Shown here in pieces: positions 29,002 to 38,605 of a stretch of DNA of 64,000 bases. The first letter of the stretch is position 1; every line of letters starts with the position of its first letter. The notes under the pieces were generated by a model. That model was not told the DNA's origin. It worked only from the letters and a program-made list of their open reading frames with translations, and did not search any database. The stretch lies in NCBI GenBank assembly GCA_963675785.1, contig OY776562.1, forward strand, positions 1 to 64,000, read 5' to 3'. The stretch comes from Anaerolineae bacterium (GTDB taxonomy: Bacteria; Chloroflexota; Anaerolineae; UBA1429). The position numbers were made by a program, and so were the translations under genes.

Positions 29002-29775
29002 ATGAGAAAAGTTGCACTGATTACCGGAGCGGGTCGCGGCATTGGGTTTGGCATTGCCAAGGCCCTTGCATCTGAAGATTGCGATATTGTTATATGTGAC
29101 ATTCATGATCCCGAGATCATCGAGCCGCGTTTGGAAGAACTTCGCGAGCTGGGCGCTGATGCTATCTATTGCCGTGCTGACGTGACCAGCGCAGAGGCCC
29201 GTGCAGCTATGCTCGATACGATTCGCGAGCATTACGGACGACTCAACGTTTTGGTCAACAATGCGGGCGTAGCTCCCCGTGTCCGTGCTGATATTCTTGA
29301 AGCCACCGAAGAAAGCCTCGAATGGGTAATGGGCATCAACTTGCAGGGCCCTTATTTCCTCACGCAGGCAGTGGCTCGTTGGATGATTGAGCAAAAAGAG
29401 GCTGATCCCGAGTGGTGGGGTTGCATCGTCAATACTGGTTCAATTTCGGCGACGGTTGCTTCTATCAGCCGCGGCGAATACTGCCTTTCCAAGGCGGCTG
29501 TTGCTATGGCCACCAAGCTTTGGGCTACTCGTCTGGGCGAGTATGATATTCCTGTTTACGAAATCCGCCCTGGCATTTTCTATACAGATATGACCGCCAC
29601 AGTGACTGCCAAGTATGACAAGCTCATCGAAGAAGGCTTGTTGATTCAAAAGCGATGGGGCTACCCAGAGGATGCTGGCAAAGCCGTGGCGATGATGGTG
29701 CGTGGCGATATTGCCTACTCGACCGGCCAGGTTATCATGCTGGATGGCGGCGGGTTTAACGTTCAGCGCCTTTAG
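29002..29775 (+). CDS. Short-chain dehydrogenase/reductase (PRK12745-like '3-ketoacyl-ACP reductase')
   Basis: TGAGRGIG, NNAG, YCLSK, RPG. Confidence 0.9.
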   Translation: MRKVALITGAGRGIGFGIAKALASEDCDIVICDIHDPEIIEPRLEELRELGADAIYCRADVTSAEARAAMLDTIREHYGRLNVLVNNAGVAPRVRADILEATEESLEWVMGINLQGPYFLTQAVARWMIEQKEADPEWWGCIVNTGSISATVASISRGEYCLSKAAVAMATKLWATRLGEYDIPVYEIRPGIFYTDMTATVTAKYDKLIEEGLLIQKRWGYPEDAGKAVAMMVRGDIAYSTGQVIMLDGGGFNVQRL

Positions 29776-29784
29776 GAGAGAAGC

Positions 29785-31752
29785 ATGAAGACCACAACAC
29801 TAAACCTCAAGGGAACAGATCATTTTGTCCCCTTGACGCGCGTACACACGCTGGTCATCGGCAGTGGTGCGGCTGGCTTGAATGCCGCCTGCCAGCTTGA
29901 TGCCCAGGGTATCAAGGATGTGGCCATTGTGACCGAGGGTCTACAGATGGGCACCTCGATCAATACCGGCAGTGACAAGCAGACCTATTACAAGCTTTCG
30001 ATGTGCGGTGACGACCAGGATAGCCCCATGGCCATGGCCGATAGCTATTTTGCTGGTGGTAGCATGCACGGCGATTTGGCCCTGGTGGAGGCCAGCCTCT
30101 CGGCTCGTGCCTTTTTAAATCTGGTGGGCCTGGGCGTGCCCTTCCCCACCGATGCTTACGGCCAGTACGTGGGCTACAAGACGGACCACGATCCACGCCA
30201 GCGTGCGACCTCGATTGGCCCCTATACATCGCGCGAAATGTGCCGCTGTCTGATCGAAGAGGCCAAACGCCGGGCTATCCCAGTGCTCGAAGGGCGCAAT
30301 GTGATATCGTTGATTACCCTCGGCGAGGGCGAGGACAAACGAGTAGCCGGGGCTGTTGTATTGAACGCTTTGAACGAGATCGAGGTCTATGAGGCTGAGA
30401 ATGTGGTCTTTGCCACAGGTGGCCCTGGCGGCCTGTACCGTACCAGCGTTTACCCCCATGTGCATACTGGTGGTATTGGCTTGGCTCTGATGGCTGGCGC
30501 CAAGGCCCAGAGTCTGCCAGAGGCACAGTATGGCTTGGCCTCAACGGCTTTCCGTTGGAACGTTTCTGGTACCTATATGCAAGTCATCCCCAGATTTATC
30601 AGCACCACTGAGGACGGCGAGAGTGATGAGCGCGAGTTTATGCGCGATTACTTTGGCTCTGTCGGCGAGATGAACTCGATGGTCTTTCTCAAGGGATACC
30701 AGTGGCCGTTCGATTCTCGCAAGATTCCCGGCGGCTCATCGATTGTGGATATTTTGGTCTACATCGAGACGGTGTTGCGAGGGCGACGCGTGTTCCTCGA
30801 TTTTCGTGCCAATCCAGAAGGATTCGAGTTCGAGGAGCTAAGCCAGGAGGCCTTTGACTATCTCAAGAACTCGCGCGCCTTCCAAAACACGCCAATTGAA
30901 CGGTTGCATGCCATGAATCCGGGCGCCATCGAGCTTTACGCTGACCACGGCATCAATATCAACACTGAGCCGTTGGAGATTGCTGTGTGTGCTCAGCATA
31001 ATAACGGTGGTCTGGCGGGCAATCACTGGTGGGAGTCGCTGAATATCAAGCATCTCTTTCCAGTGGGTGAAGTGAATGGCTCTCACGGTGTGTACCGCCC
31101 TGGTGGTTCTGCCCTCAACTCGGGACAGGTTGGCTCGATGCGGGCTGCTGAGTACATTGCCAATTGCTATCAGGATTGGACCCTCTGTGAGGAGTGTTTC
31201 CAATTTGCGGCACAAGAGGCTGTAGCAGAGACGGTCGATTTAGTTGAGCGCTGCGGTCAGGCTACGAACGATTGGCAGAATGAACGTTGGACCCTTCAAG
31301 GGCGCATGAGCCGCGCTGGCGCACATATCCGCTCGGTGGAAGAGCTGGAAACAGCCGTGCGGGATGCCTGGACTCAGTACAAAAAGCTCAAGGAATCGGG
31401 TTGCGGATACACACGGCCTGAAGAACTCAAAGAGGCGCTGCGCAATTTGCAACTCTGCTTTGCACACGCCGTCTACTTGGAAGCCACGCTGTTTCAGCTG
31501 CAGAGTGGTGTGGGCAGCCGTGGCTCGGCCATGGTGCTCGATCCGGAGGGAACACCCGTTCACGATATGTTGGGTGATGAGTGGCGTTTGCAGATGGAGG
31601 ACACTTCCTTTAGGGAGCGAGTCTTGGAATCTTTGGCTAGTATCGATGGCACTGTAGAGAACGAATGGGTAGAACGACGCCCCATTCCGCATAGTGATGC
31701 TTGGTTCGAGACGGCCTGGGCGGCTTTTCGAAAAGGCGAGATCTATAAATAG
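29785..31752 (+). CDS. FAD-binding oxidoreductase (SdhA/FrdA/NadB-like flavoprotein)
   Basis: VIGSGAAG, ATGG, QHNNGG, GEVNG.HG..R.GG.AL. Confidence 0.8.
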   Translation: MKTTTLNLKGTDHFVPLTRVHTLVIGSGAAGLNAACQLDAQGIKDVAIVTEGLQMGTSINTGSDKQTYYKLSMCGDDQDSPMAMADSYFAGGSMHGDLALVEASLSARAFLNLVGLGVPFPTDAYGQYVGYKTDHDPRQRATSIGPYTSREMCRCLIEEAKRRAIPVLEGRNVISLITLGEGEDKRVAGAVVLNALNEIEVYEAENVVFATGGPGGLYRTSVYPHVHTGGIGLALMAGAKAQSLPEAQYGLASTAFRWNVSGTYMQVIPRFISTTEDGESDEREFMRDYFGSVGEMNSMVFLKGYQWPFDSRKIPGGSSIVDILVYIETVLRGRRVFLDFRANPEGFEFEELSQEAFDYLKNSRAFQNTPIERLHAMNPGAIELYADHGININTEPLEIAVCAQHNNGGLAGNHWWESLNIKHLFPVGEVNGSHGVYRPGGSALNSGQVGSMRAAEYIANCYQDWTLCEECFQFAAQEAVAETVDLVERCGQATNDWQNERWTLQGRMSRAGAHIRSVEELETAVRDAWTQYKKLKESGCGYTRPEELKEALRNLQLCFAHAVYLEATLFQLQSGVGSRGSAMVLDPEGTPVHDMLGDEWRLQMEDTSFRERVLESLASIDGTVENEWVERRPIPHSDAWFETAWAAFRKGEIYK

Positions 31753-31761
31753 GCCCGAAAT

Positions 31762-31796
31762 AAAAGAGGGCAGACCTTTAAGGTCTGCCCTCTTTT
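31762..31796. terminator. Bidirectional intrinsic terminator
   Basis: Perfect inverted repeat AAAAGAGGGCAGACCT/AGGTCTGCCCTCTTTT between convergent genes. Confidence 0.85.
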
Positions 31797-31814
31797 GTTA
31801 TAATGCACGAGTGC

Positions 31815-32183
31815 CTATTGCATAATTGCTTGAATTTCGGGCTGGTCCACATAACGGAGAATGTACCAGGAACAGATCATAGAAGCCAATGTTGTAACAG
31901 CCATCCATACATCCAGACCTGCACCGGGTTCAGCGCCAATTGTGGCATGACCAACCAAAACCAGCAATCGGATGATGATATTCATACCCTGAATGAAGAT
32001 GGTCGCTACGCCGGCCCAGGAATGCAGCCGAATCATGCTGATACCCAGCAATGCAAAAACAGTAATTCCCACAATCCACAGCACGAGACTCATTGAAGCA
32101 ACTGTCGTTGGGGGGAGAATCAACAGCACAAAAAACTGGACTATTGCTACAATGTATAGACCTTTGGGTCGACGTGATACCAT
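31815..32183 (-). CDS. Small 4-TM membrane protein, unknown function
   Basis: Four hydrophobic segments, AAGGGG RBS before ATG. Confidence 0.65.
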   Translation of the reverse strand: MVSRRPKGLYIVAIVQFFVLLILPPTTVASMSLVLWIVGITVFALLGISMIRLHSWAGVATIFIQGMNIIIRLLVLVGHATIGAEPGAGLDVWMAVTTLASMICSWYILRYVDQPEIQAIMQ

Positions 32184-32256
32184 CAGTATCCCCTTTATGA
32201 GTTCAAGATAAGAGGCATTATAGTTTGCCTGGTATAGGTGGTCAAGGAGCGATGAA

Positions 32257-33018
32257 TTGAAGTTGGGATTTGGAAATCTGCATGTGACAGCCGATATGGT
32301 TGCCTTTGATAAGGATGGCACGCTCATAGCCTTTCACGATCTTTGGCATGCCTGGATGGATCGCTTTATTCAGGCTATCGATGAGCAAGTCCCCCTCTCG
32401 GATGCTTTGCATAAAGCTTTTGCACTGATCCTGGGTTGGGATGCAAGTTCGGGTGTCTGGGACCCTCTTGGCCCAGCAACCTTGGCTTCGACACAAGAGG
32501 CAGCGCTTTTGGCCGCTTCTGTTCTCTATGGCTATGCCTCTCTGGATTGGCCCAAAGCTCAGGCCGTGGTTAGGTATGCCTATGATAACATTTGGGACCA
32601 TTTGCCCGTGGAAGATCTGATCAGACCTACGGGTGATGTCACCTCATTGCTGGGTAGCTTGAGAGCTGAGGGTATCCACACCGCACTGGTTACCGCAGAT
32701 GATCGTCAGCCTACAATAGATACGCTGGAGCGCTTTGGCTGGCTGGAGTTGTTTGATGTGATCATGTGCGGTGACGATGGTTTGCCGCAAAAGCCTAACC
32801 CCGAGCTGCTTCTGGAGACTTGCCGAAGGATTGGCGTCTCCCCGGAGCGAACGATTATGGTTGGCGATACAGTCGCGGATTTGGCTATGGCCAGGGGGGC
32901 AGGCGCTGCGTTCGCCGTAGCTGTTTTGGGCGGCAGTATGCCTGTTGAATTACTTGCTCCCCATGCGGATGTAGTGCTATCGAGCATTGATGATATTGTG
33001 ATTATCAGGGAAGAGTAA
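32257..33018 (+). CDS. HAD family hydrolase (subfamily I)
   Basis: FDKDGTL, KPNPE, MVGDT..D. Confidence 0.9.
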   Translation: MKLGFGNLHVTADMVAFDKDGTLIAFHDLWHAWMDRFIQAIDEQVPLSDALHKAFALILGWDASSGVWDPLGPATLASTQEAALLAASVLYGYASLDWPKAQAVVRYAYDNIWDHLPVEDLIRPTGDVTSLLGSLRAEGIHTALVTADDRQPTIDTLERFGWLELFDVIMCGDDGLPQKPNPELLLETCRRIGVSPERTIMVGDTVADLAMARGAGAAFAVAVLGGSMPVELLAPHADVVLSSIDDIVIIREE

Positions 33019-33020
33019 AC

Positions 33021-33797
33021 ATGGTAGAACCTCGGTATCAGGGTTATATCTTTGATCTGGACGGTACAGTTTATCTGGGTGATCGGTTGATCCCTGGCGC
33101 CAAAGAGCGGATCGAATGGCTGCGTTCGCATGGCCGGCGAATCGTGTTCTTGTCCAATAAACCGCTCGAGCCAAGATCGAGTTATGCAGCCAAGCTCACC
33201 CGCCTGGGAATCCAGACTCCCGAACAAGATGTCATTAACTCGACCCAGGCATTGATGACCTATCTTCGACAGAATAACCCTGGTGAACGTTTGTATGTTA
33301 TCGGTGAAGACGCCCTTTTGCGCGAGATGAAAACCGAGGGCTTTGAGCTCGTTGAGGACATCGACCAGATCGATATTGTTGTGGCCGCGTTTGATCGCAC
33401 CTTGACCTATGCCAAATTGAATACAGCCCATCAGGCTTTGATACGGGGAGCACGTTTTTACGCCACCAATAGCGACCGTACTTGCCCAATTGAAGGTGGT
33501 GAGATTCCTGATTGCGCTGGAGTCATTGCCTTTTTGGAAGCCACTACTGGTCGCACTGTTGAAATGGTGGCAGGCAAACCTTCTGAGCATATGGTAAAAG
33601 CGGCTGCGGCGAGGTTAGGGGTGCCTTTGGCGCAAAGCATTATGGTGGGCGATCGTCTGGCAACGGATATGCGCATGGGGCAAAATGCCGGCATTGATAC
33701 GGCTTTGGTTCTCTCTGGAGTTACTACAAGAAATCAATTGGAAGGGAGCGACGTACAACCGACCATGGTGCTAGCAAGTATTGCCTCGATTCCTTGA
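33021..33797 (+). CDS. HAD-IIA (NagD-like) phosphatase
   Basis: FDLDGT, SNK, ATNSD, GKPS, MVGDRLATD, VLSGVT. Confidence 0.92.
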   Translation: MVEPRYQGYIFDLDGTVYLGDRLIPGAKERIEWLRSHGRRIVFLSNKPLEPRSSYAAKLTRLGIQTPEQDVINSTQALMTYLRQNNPGERLYVIGEDALLREMKTEGFELVEDIDQIDIVVAAFDRTLTYAKLNTAHQALIRGARFYATNSDRTCPIEGGEIPDCAGVIAFLEATTGRTVEMVAGKPSEHMVKAAAARLGVPLAQSIMVGDRLATDMRMGQNAGIDTALVLSGVTTRNQLEGSDVQPTMVLASIASIP

Positions 33798-33799
33798 TG

Positions 33800-34618
33800 C
33801 TATTGCTGGAGTACACACATGGTATAGTCGCCCCAACGCTCAAAACCGAGTGATTCGTAGATGTGCAGGGCGGGAGTATTCTCTCGCTTTACATAAAGCG
33901 TAATGCGATCGCCAGCCATCAAACTCTCAGCACATAACGCTGCTACTGTACAACGGGCTAGTCCATGTCCTCTGTATTCGGGAGTGGTGTAGACGGCTCC
34001 CACGTGGGTGTATCCGGGGATACTGGCTTCTCGGACTGCCATAGAGACAGGCAAGTCGTCGCAGAACCCTATATATGTGCCGCATTCGATATAGCGCGCG
34101 GCCAGTTGAAATGCCCAATCTCCCATCAAAAGTTCGCGGCGCGTACCAAAATACTCGCATTCGAAATCTCGCCGCATTTCGGCTATAGCATCGAGATCGT
34201 TCATCGTGGCTCGTCGGGTATTCTGTACATCAGGCAGTTGGAATAGCTGGGGATTCAATTCGCAGGCATAATCATCTTCTCGGTAGGTGATACCCAAGGG
34301 CGCCATGGTTCGCAGTTCGCGCAAGAGTGGATCGGTGATAGAGCGCATGGCGCCTATCCATCTTAATCTGTGAGTATAGGCATCACGGATTAGAGGGGTT
34401 ATAGCGTTATCACTGGTGAAATAGGGAAACCAACGGCCGTTGGCGAGGATGATTTGTGCGCCAATGATGCGCCCTGAATCTCTGTAGATATAAGCCAATG
34501 TTCCGGGCACAATCGTAGATTCGGCCAAATGGTTGATTGCATAGATGTTCTCTCGTGGAAACTGCTCGAGATAGGCCGAAATATCTGCCAAACGCAGGAT
34601 GATGCTTTCGCCGTCCAA
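33800..34618 (-). CDS. GNAT acetyltransferase (C-terminal GNAT domain)
   Basis: VYTTPEYRGHGLA, N.PA..IYESLGF. Confidence 0.85.
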   Translation of the reverse strand: MDGESIILRLADISAYLEQFPRENIYAINHLAESTIVPGTLAYIYRDSGRIIGAQIILANGRWFPYFTSDNAITPLIRDAYTHRLRWIGAMRSITDPLLRELRTMAPLGITYREDDYACELNPQLFQLPDVQNTRRATMNDLDAIAEMRRDFECEYFGTRRELLMGDWAFQLAARYIECGTYIGFCDDLPVSMAVREASIPGYTHVGAVYTTPEYRGHGLARCTVAALCAESLMAGDRITLYVKRENTPALHIYESLGFERWGDYTMCVLQQ

Positions 34619-34628
34619 GTTTCACCCC

Positions 34629-34675
34629 AAAAAAACAAAGAGGGGCGAGAAACCACAACGGAATCTCGCCCCTTC
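34629..34675 (-). terminator. Terminator after the S1 protein gene
   Basis: Stem AGGGGCGAGA/TCTCGCCCCT with a T-tract on the - strand. Confidence 0.6.
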
Positions 34676-34697
34676 TATTTCTATTTCGCCCTATCGA

Positions 34698-35429
34698 TTA
34701 ACGACGGTGCTTTTTGCGGGTCATGGCTTCTTTAAAGGCCAACTCAAAGGCTGTTGGTCCCTCCCAATCCTCGTCAATTTGGGGCTGAGCGACTGGCTCT
34801 TCCCGGTTTTCTTCGTCGTCGGCGTCTTTCATAGTCAACGAGATTCGACGGCGCTCTCGATCAACTTCGAGAATGCGCAGAGAAACCTCATCGCCAACTT
34901 TGACAACTTCAGACGGATGCTTGACGAAGCCATTGGAAAGCTGCGAGACATGAACCAGACCGTCAGATTGCGCACCGATGTCAACAAAGGCGCCAAAATC
35001 AACCAGACGCATAACTTTGCCTGTAATCTGTGCACCCGGCTCTAGTCTGTTCAAAGGCGTACGATCATCACGGTCACCGCGTGGCAATGTCAGGCTAATG
35101 CGGTTGTTTTCTGTATCAACACGGCGTACTACTACGTCGATAACATCGCCAACTTTGAGGGTCTTGTCCAAGCCGGCACGTTTGAGCGCGGATACATGGG
35201 CGAGACCGTCACGGCCAACGCCAATATCTATAAAGGCGCCAAAATCGACGATATTCCGAACTTTGCCTTTGCAGCGGGTACCAGGACGCAAAGCATCAAG
35301 CCCTGCGGCCTTTTTCTGGCCCGAATCGAGCTCATTGTCGGGAGCTTTCCCTGTCCCGTCTTCGGCGGCCGAAGCCACTGGTGTAGACTGGTCAACATCT
35401 TGCCCAGCCACTTTTTCCTCGTAATCCAT
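34698..35429 (-). CDS. Protein with two tandem S1 RNA-binding domains (short S1-like)
   Basis: Two copies of GKV..(I/L)VDFGAF(I/V)DIG...DGL.HVS, RISLT. Confidence 0.9.
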   Translation of the reverse strand: MDYEEKVAGQDVDQSTPVASAAEDGTGKAPDNELDSGQKKAAGLDALRPGTRCKGKVRNIVDFGAFIDIGVGRDGLAHVSALKRAGLDKTLKVGDVIDVVVRRVDTENNRISLTLPRGDRDDRTPLNRLEPGAQITGKVMRLVDFGAFVDIGAQSDGLVHVSQLSNGFVKHPSEVVKVGDEVSLRILEVDRERRRISLTMKDADDEENREEPVAQPQIDEDWEGPTAFELAFKEAMTRKKHRR

Positions 35430-35619
35430 GCTCCCGATCTCCTGCATCTCAGTTACAACTGGCGAGTGTCGCCAATGGCCGACGCGTTCAAGCCAAACGC
35501 AATTATGCCACAAGCGCTAGGGCTAGTCAAACATCGCTGCTGGCCTGCATCTCACCATTCTTCGTGGGCGGGCACAAGTGTGCTATAATCGCTATATTAC
35601 ATAGTCAAGGGTAAAAAAC

Positions 35620-36369
35620 ATGAGACGCTCTGATAACCGGACGTTGTGGTATGTGCTCGCCGCCCTTTTGGGGCTCTATATTGTCATCGCTGTCGCCAGA
35701 GGTGGATTCGGCACTATTGGCAGCACGTTGCTGGGTATTCTGATCAGTCTACTGGCCATCATCATTGCCATTACTGTGCACGAATGTTCGCATGCCTGGG
35801 CTGCAGACAAACTGGGGGATTCAACGGCCCGCTTGATGGGGCGGGTTACACTGAATCCCCTTGCACATTTGGATCCCATGGGCACCGTGATGATGATTCT
35901 CACTGCCCTGACGGGCGTGGGTATCGGCTGGGGTAAACCTACTCCTGTGAATCCCACGCGCCTCAAGTATGGTTCGCGGGTGGGCTATGGTGTGGTGGCG
36001 TTGGCGGGGCCGATTTCCAACCTGTTAGTGGGCACATTTTTCGGCCTGATCCTTCGTTTCGCGCCGTTATCATCCTACTATCTTTATCTGAGTTTATATG
36101 TGTTGACTCTGACTAATTTTTATCTCTGTTTCTTCAATCTATTGCCCTTTCCCCCACTTGATGGCTTTAGTGTGCTGATTGGCATTTTGGCGTTGTTCCG
36201 CGGTAGATGGGCCTGGCAGGCAACGAATTGGCTGCGCAGCATCGAACCCTATGGCTCAACCTTTCTGTTCGGAGCCATCATCCTGTTGCAGTTTCTCAAT
36301 CTGCCGGTCTTGAGCTGGGTCATTGGTACGCCCGCCTATGCTTTGTACCATTTGGTAACGGGGCTATAG
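35620..36369 (+). CDS. Site-2 protease (M50)
   Basis: HECSH, TLNPLAH.D, GWGKP, AGP..N, FNLLPFPPLDG. Confidence 0.93.
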   Translation: MRRSDNRTLWYVLAALLGLYIVIAVARGGFGTIGSTLLGILISLLAIIIAITVHECSHAWAADKLGDSTARLMGRVTLNPLAHLDPMGTVMMILTALTGVGIGWGKPTPVNPTRLKYGSRVGYGVVALAGPISNLLVGTFFGLILRFAPLSSYYLYLSLYVLTLTNFYLCFFNLLPFPPLDGFSVLIGILALFRGRWAWQATNWLRSIEPYGSTFLFGAIILLQFLNLPVLSWVIGTPAYALYHLVTGL

Positions 36370-36370
36370 G

Positions 36371-36901
36371 TTGCCTTCCCGAATTCTCTCCCGGGCGCAC
36401 TACAGGTTAAGTCAGGTCTGGCATCGCTATACCGGGCGTATACCCTACGAGTTGCTGGCTCAGGCGCAGGCGTTGATCGGTCCGGCATGCTGGGCCCTTT
36501 TTGTGGCCATGCCGCGCGGCGATAGAATTCACGCCCTCTCTGTGTTTCAGTGTCTGAGCGCAGAGACAGAGAACAAAGATTTGTTGACTGCGGCTCTATT
36601 ACACGATGTGGGTAAAACTGGAGTCGGGCTAAACCTCTTGAGGCGAACGCTTTGTGTGCTTTTTGGGCATTTTTGGCCTTCTGTTCTTGAACGAATGGGC
36701 AGCCGAGACGAGGGCTGGCGGCGCCCCTTTTATCGGCATCTTTATCATGCAGAGCTTGGTGCGCAGGCTTGTGAGCGCTGTGGCTGTAATGATACGATTG
36801 TCTGGCTTGTTCGACATCACGAGGATAGTAGCGTGGATGAAGTCCAATCGGCCAGAGGCTTTCAACTGCAGGCGTTGCAGCAGGCGGATGATCGTAGCTA
36901 G
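36371..36901 (+). CDS. HD-domain protein
   Basis: H..V, AALLHDVGK, HAELGA, RHH, ADD; TTG start 1 nt after the upstream stop. Confidence 0.85.
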   Translation: MPSRILSRAHYRLSQVWHRYTGRIPYELLAQAQALIGPACWALFVAMPRGDRIHALSVFQCLSAETENKDLLTAALLHDVGKTGVGLNLLRRTLCVLFGHFWPSVLERMGSRDEGWRRPFYRHLYHAELGAQACERCGCNDTIVWLVRHHEDSSVDEVQSARGFQLQALQQADDRS

Positions 36902-36918
36902 TTCTGCTGGAGGTTACT

Positions 36919-37872
36919 ATGCAACTTTCGTTGATTGGTTTGGGTTTGACTACAACTTCGATGGCCTTGGCGCTCAAGCGGGCTACGTCGGAGATTACCA
37001 TTGTTGGAAATGATCCCGATCCTCTGTTGTCTGCACGCGCCAAGAAACTAGAGGCCGTCGACAAGATCCATTGGAATTTGCCGGCTTTGTGCGAAAATGC
37101 GGATATGATCATCATCGATGTTGGTCTCTCCGAGTTGGGGAAAACGCTACAGGTAATCAGGCAGGATCTCAAAGAGGATGTAGTGATCATTGCTCTTTCC
37201 TCTGTTCCTTCCTCTGTTCTAAGTGTTCAGGATATGTTACCCGAGACTGCTAATCTCATTGGCGCCCTGCCAATTTCGCCAGCTTTTGCCTTTCCAGAGC
37301 ATTTGGATCCCTCGGTGGATTGGTTGGTAGGCATCCCCGTCTTTTTGGCGATCTCTGCGTGTGTTTCTCCGAGTGCTGCTGATCGAGCGTCGACGCTGGT
37401 ATCTGCCTTTGGGGCCATACCGCGTTTTGCCGATGCTGCCGAATTGGATGGCATGGCCGCTGTAGGGGAGCAATTGCCCTTGGTGATTGCCTTGTCGTTG
37501 GCAGCCCAATTCCAGAATGTCTCTGGAGAGCATGACCGTCTTGCTGCTTCTGGGGGACAGCTGGCTTTGCTGGGCGCTGCCTTGCAGGCTCCTGAGACGG
37601 AAGTCGCTCAAGACTGGATTGCGAATCGTGCCGTTCTAGTCCCGGCAATTGATGTGTGCATTCAGGAACTGGAAAGCATCAAGAGACGTATTCAAACAGA
37701 GGACGAACAGGAGCTTGTTAGTGAGCTCAAACAAGCGGCCAAAACGGGCATGGTTTGGGTGACGGGCGAGGAAGAGGATGATAGCAAATCATCTGTTCCA
37801 CGGCCCAGCGGCTGGCTGCGCACACTGTTTCTCGGCGGCTCATTCAGACGCAGATCCACAGATGAGAATTAG
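36919..37872 (+). CDS. Prephenate dehydrogenase-like protein, degenerate
   Basis: Rossmann-like IGLGL start and overall TyrA layout (AELDGMAA..EQLP), but catalytic motifs are altered. Confidence 0.65.
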   Translation: MQLSLIGLGLTTTSMALALKRATSEITIVGNDPDPLLSARAKKLEAVDKIHWNLPALCENADMIIIDVGLSELGKTLQVIRQDLKEDVVIIALSSVPSSVLSVQDMLPETANLIGALPISPAFAFPEHLDPSVDWLVGIPVFLAISACVSPSAADRASTLVSAFGAIPRFADAAELDGMAAVGEQLPLVIALSLAAQFQNVSGEHDRLAASGGQLALLGAALQAPETEVAQDWIANRAVLVPAIDVCIQELESIKRRIQTEDEQELVSELKQAAKTGMVWVTGEEEDDSKSSVPRPSGWLRTLFLGGSFRRRSTDEN

Positions 37873-37908
37873 GTATTCTTGGGTTCGAGGTCAAGCTCAA
37901 GGGGGAAC

Positions 37909-38604
37909 ATGACGAGCCTAACGGTTGGCATGCCAGCATATAACGAGGCAGAGAATATTGGGCCAATGATCGACATGGTGTTGGACAAAGTCAGTCCTCT
38001 TGTCGATGATCTGGAAATCGTGGTTGTGGACGACGGCAGCCGTGATAATACGGCCGCTGTTATCAGTGAGCTGAGTCAGAGGGACCCGCGCATTCGTCTG
38101 GTGCAACATGAAGTGAATCAGGGTTATGGCGCCGCCGTTCGAGATGCGATTTGGGCTGCTACCAAGGATCTGGTTTTTTTTACGGATTCGGACCGCCAGT
38201 TTGATCTCAGTGAGATGAAGGCTTTTTTCCCCGCCTTGCAATCTGCCGACATGGTCGTGGGATATCGCCACAGTCGTAGCGACCCCTGGCACCGCCGCTT
38301 CTTTGGGCATGGTTGGAGCTGGCTTGTTAACTTGCTTTTTGGCTATACCGCGCGGGATATCGATTGTGCTTTCAAGCTGTTCAAGCGTGAGGTGATTGAT
38401 ACCATCACGGTTGATTCGGGGGGGGCCATGTTCAGTGCCGAGTTCATGGTGCGCACCAAGCGTGCGGGGTTCAAGATCGTTGAGATGCCAGTTTCTCATT
38501 TGCCGCGCGTTGCGGGTACCCAAACTGGGGCTAAGCCAGCGGTCATTTTGCGAGCCTTTGGTGAGCTGATCAAGCTGCGCTTTAGGCTTTGGTTCAAGGG
38601 ATAA
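37909..38604 (+). CDS. GT2, DPM/DPG synthase-like polyprenol-phosphate glycosyltransferase
   Basis: PAYNE, VVDDGSRD, NQGYG, DSDRQF, DIDCAFKLF. Confidence 0.88.
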   Translation: MTSLTVGMPAYNEAENIGPMIDMVLDKVSPLVDDLEIVVVDDGSRDNTAAVISELSQRDPRIRLVQHEVNQGYGAAVRDAIWAATKDLVFFTDSDRQFDLSEMKAFFPALQSADMVVGYRHSRSDPWHRRFFGHGWSWLVNLLFGYTARDIDCAFKLFKREVIDTITVDSGGAMFSAEFMVRTKRAGFKIVEMPVSHLPRVAGTQTGAKPAVILRAFGELIKLRFRLWFKG

Positions 38605-38605
38605 C

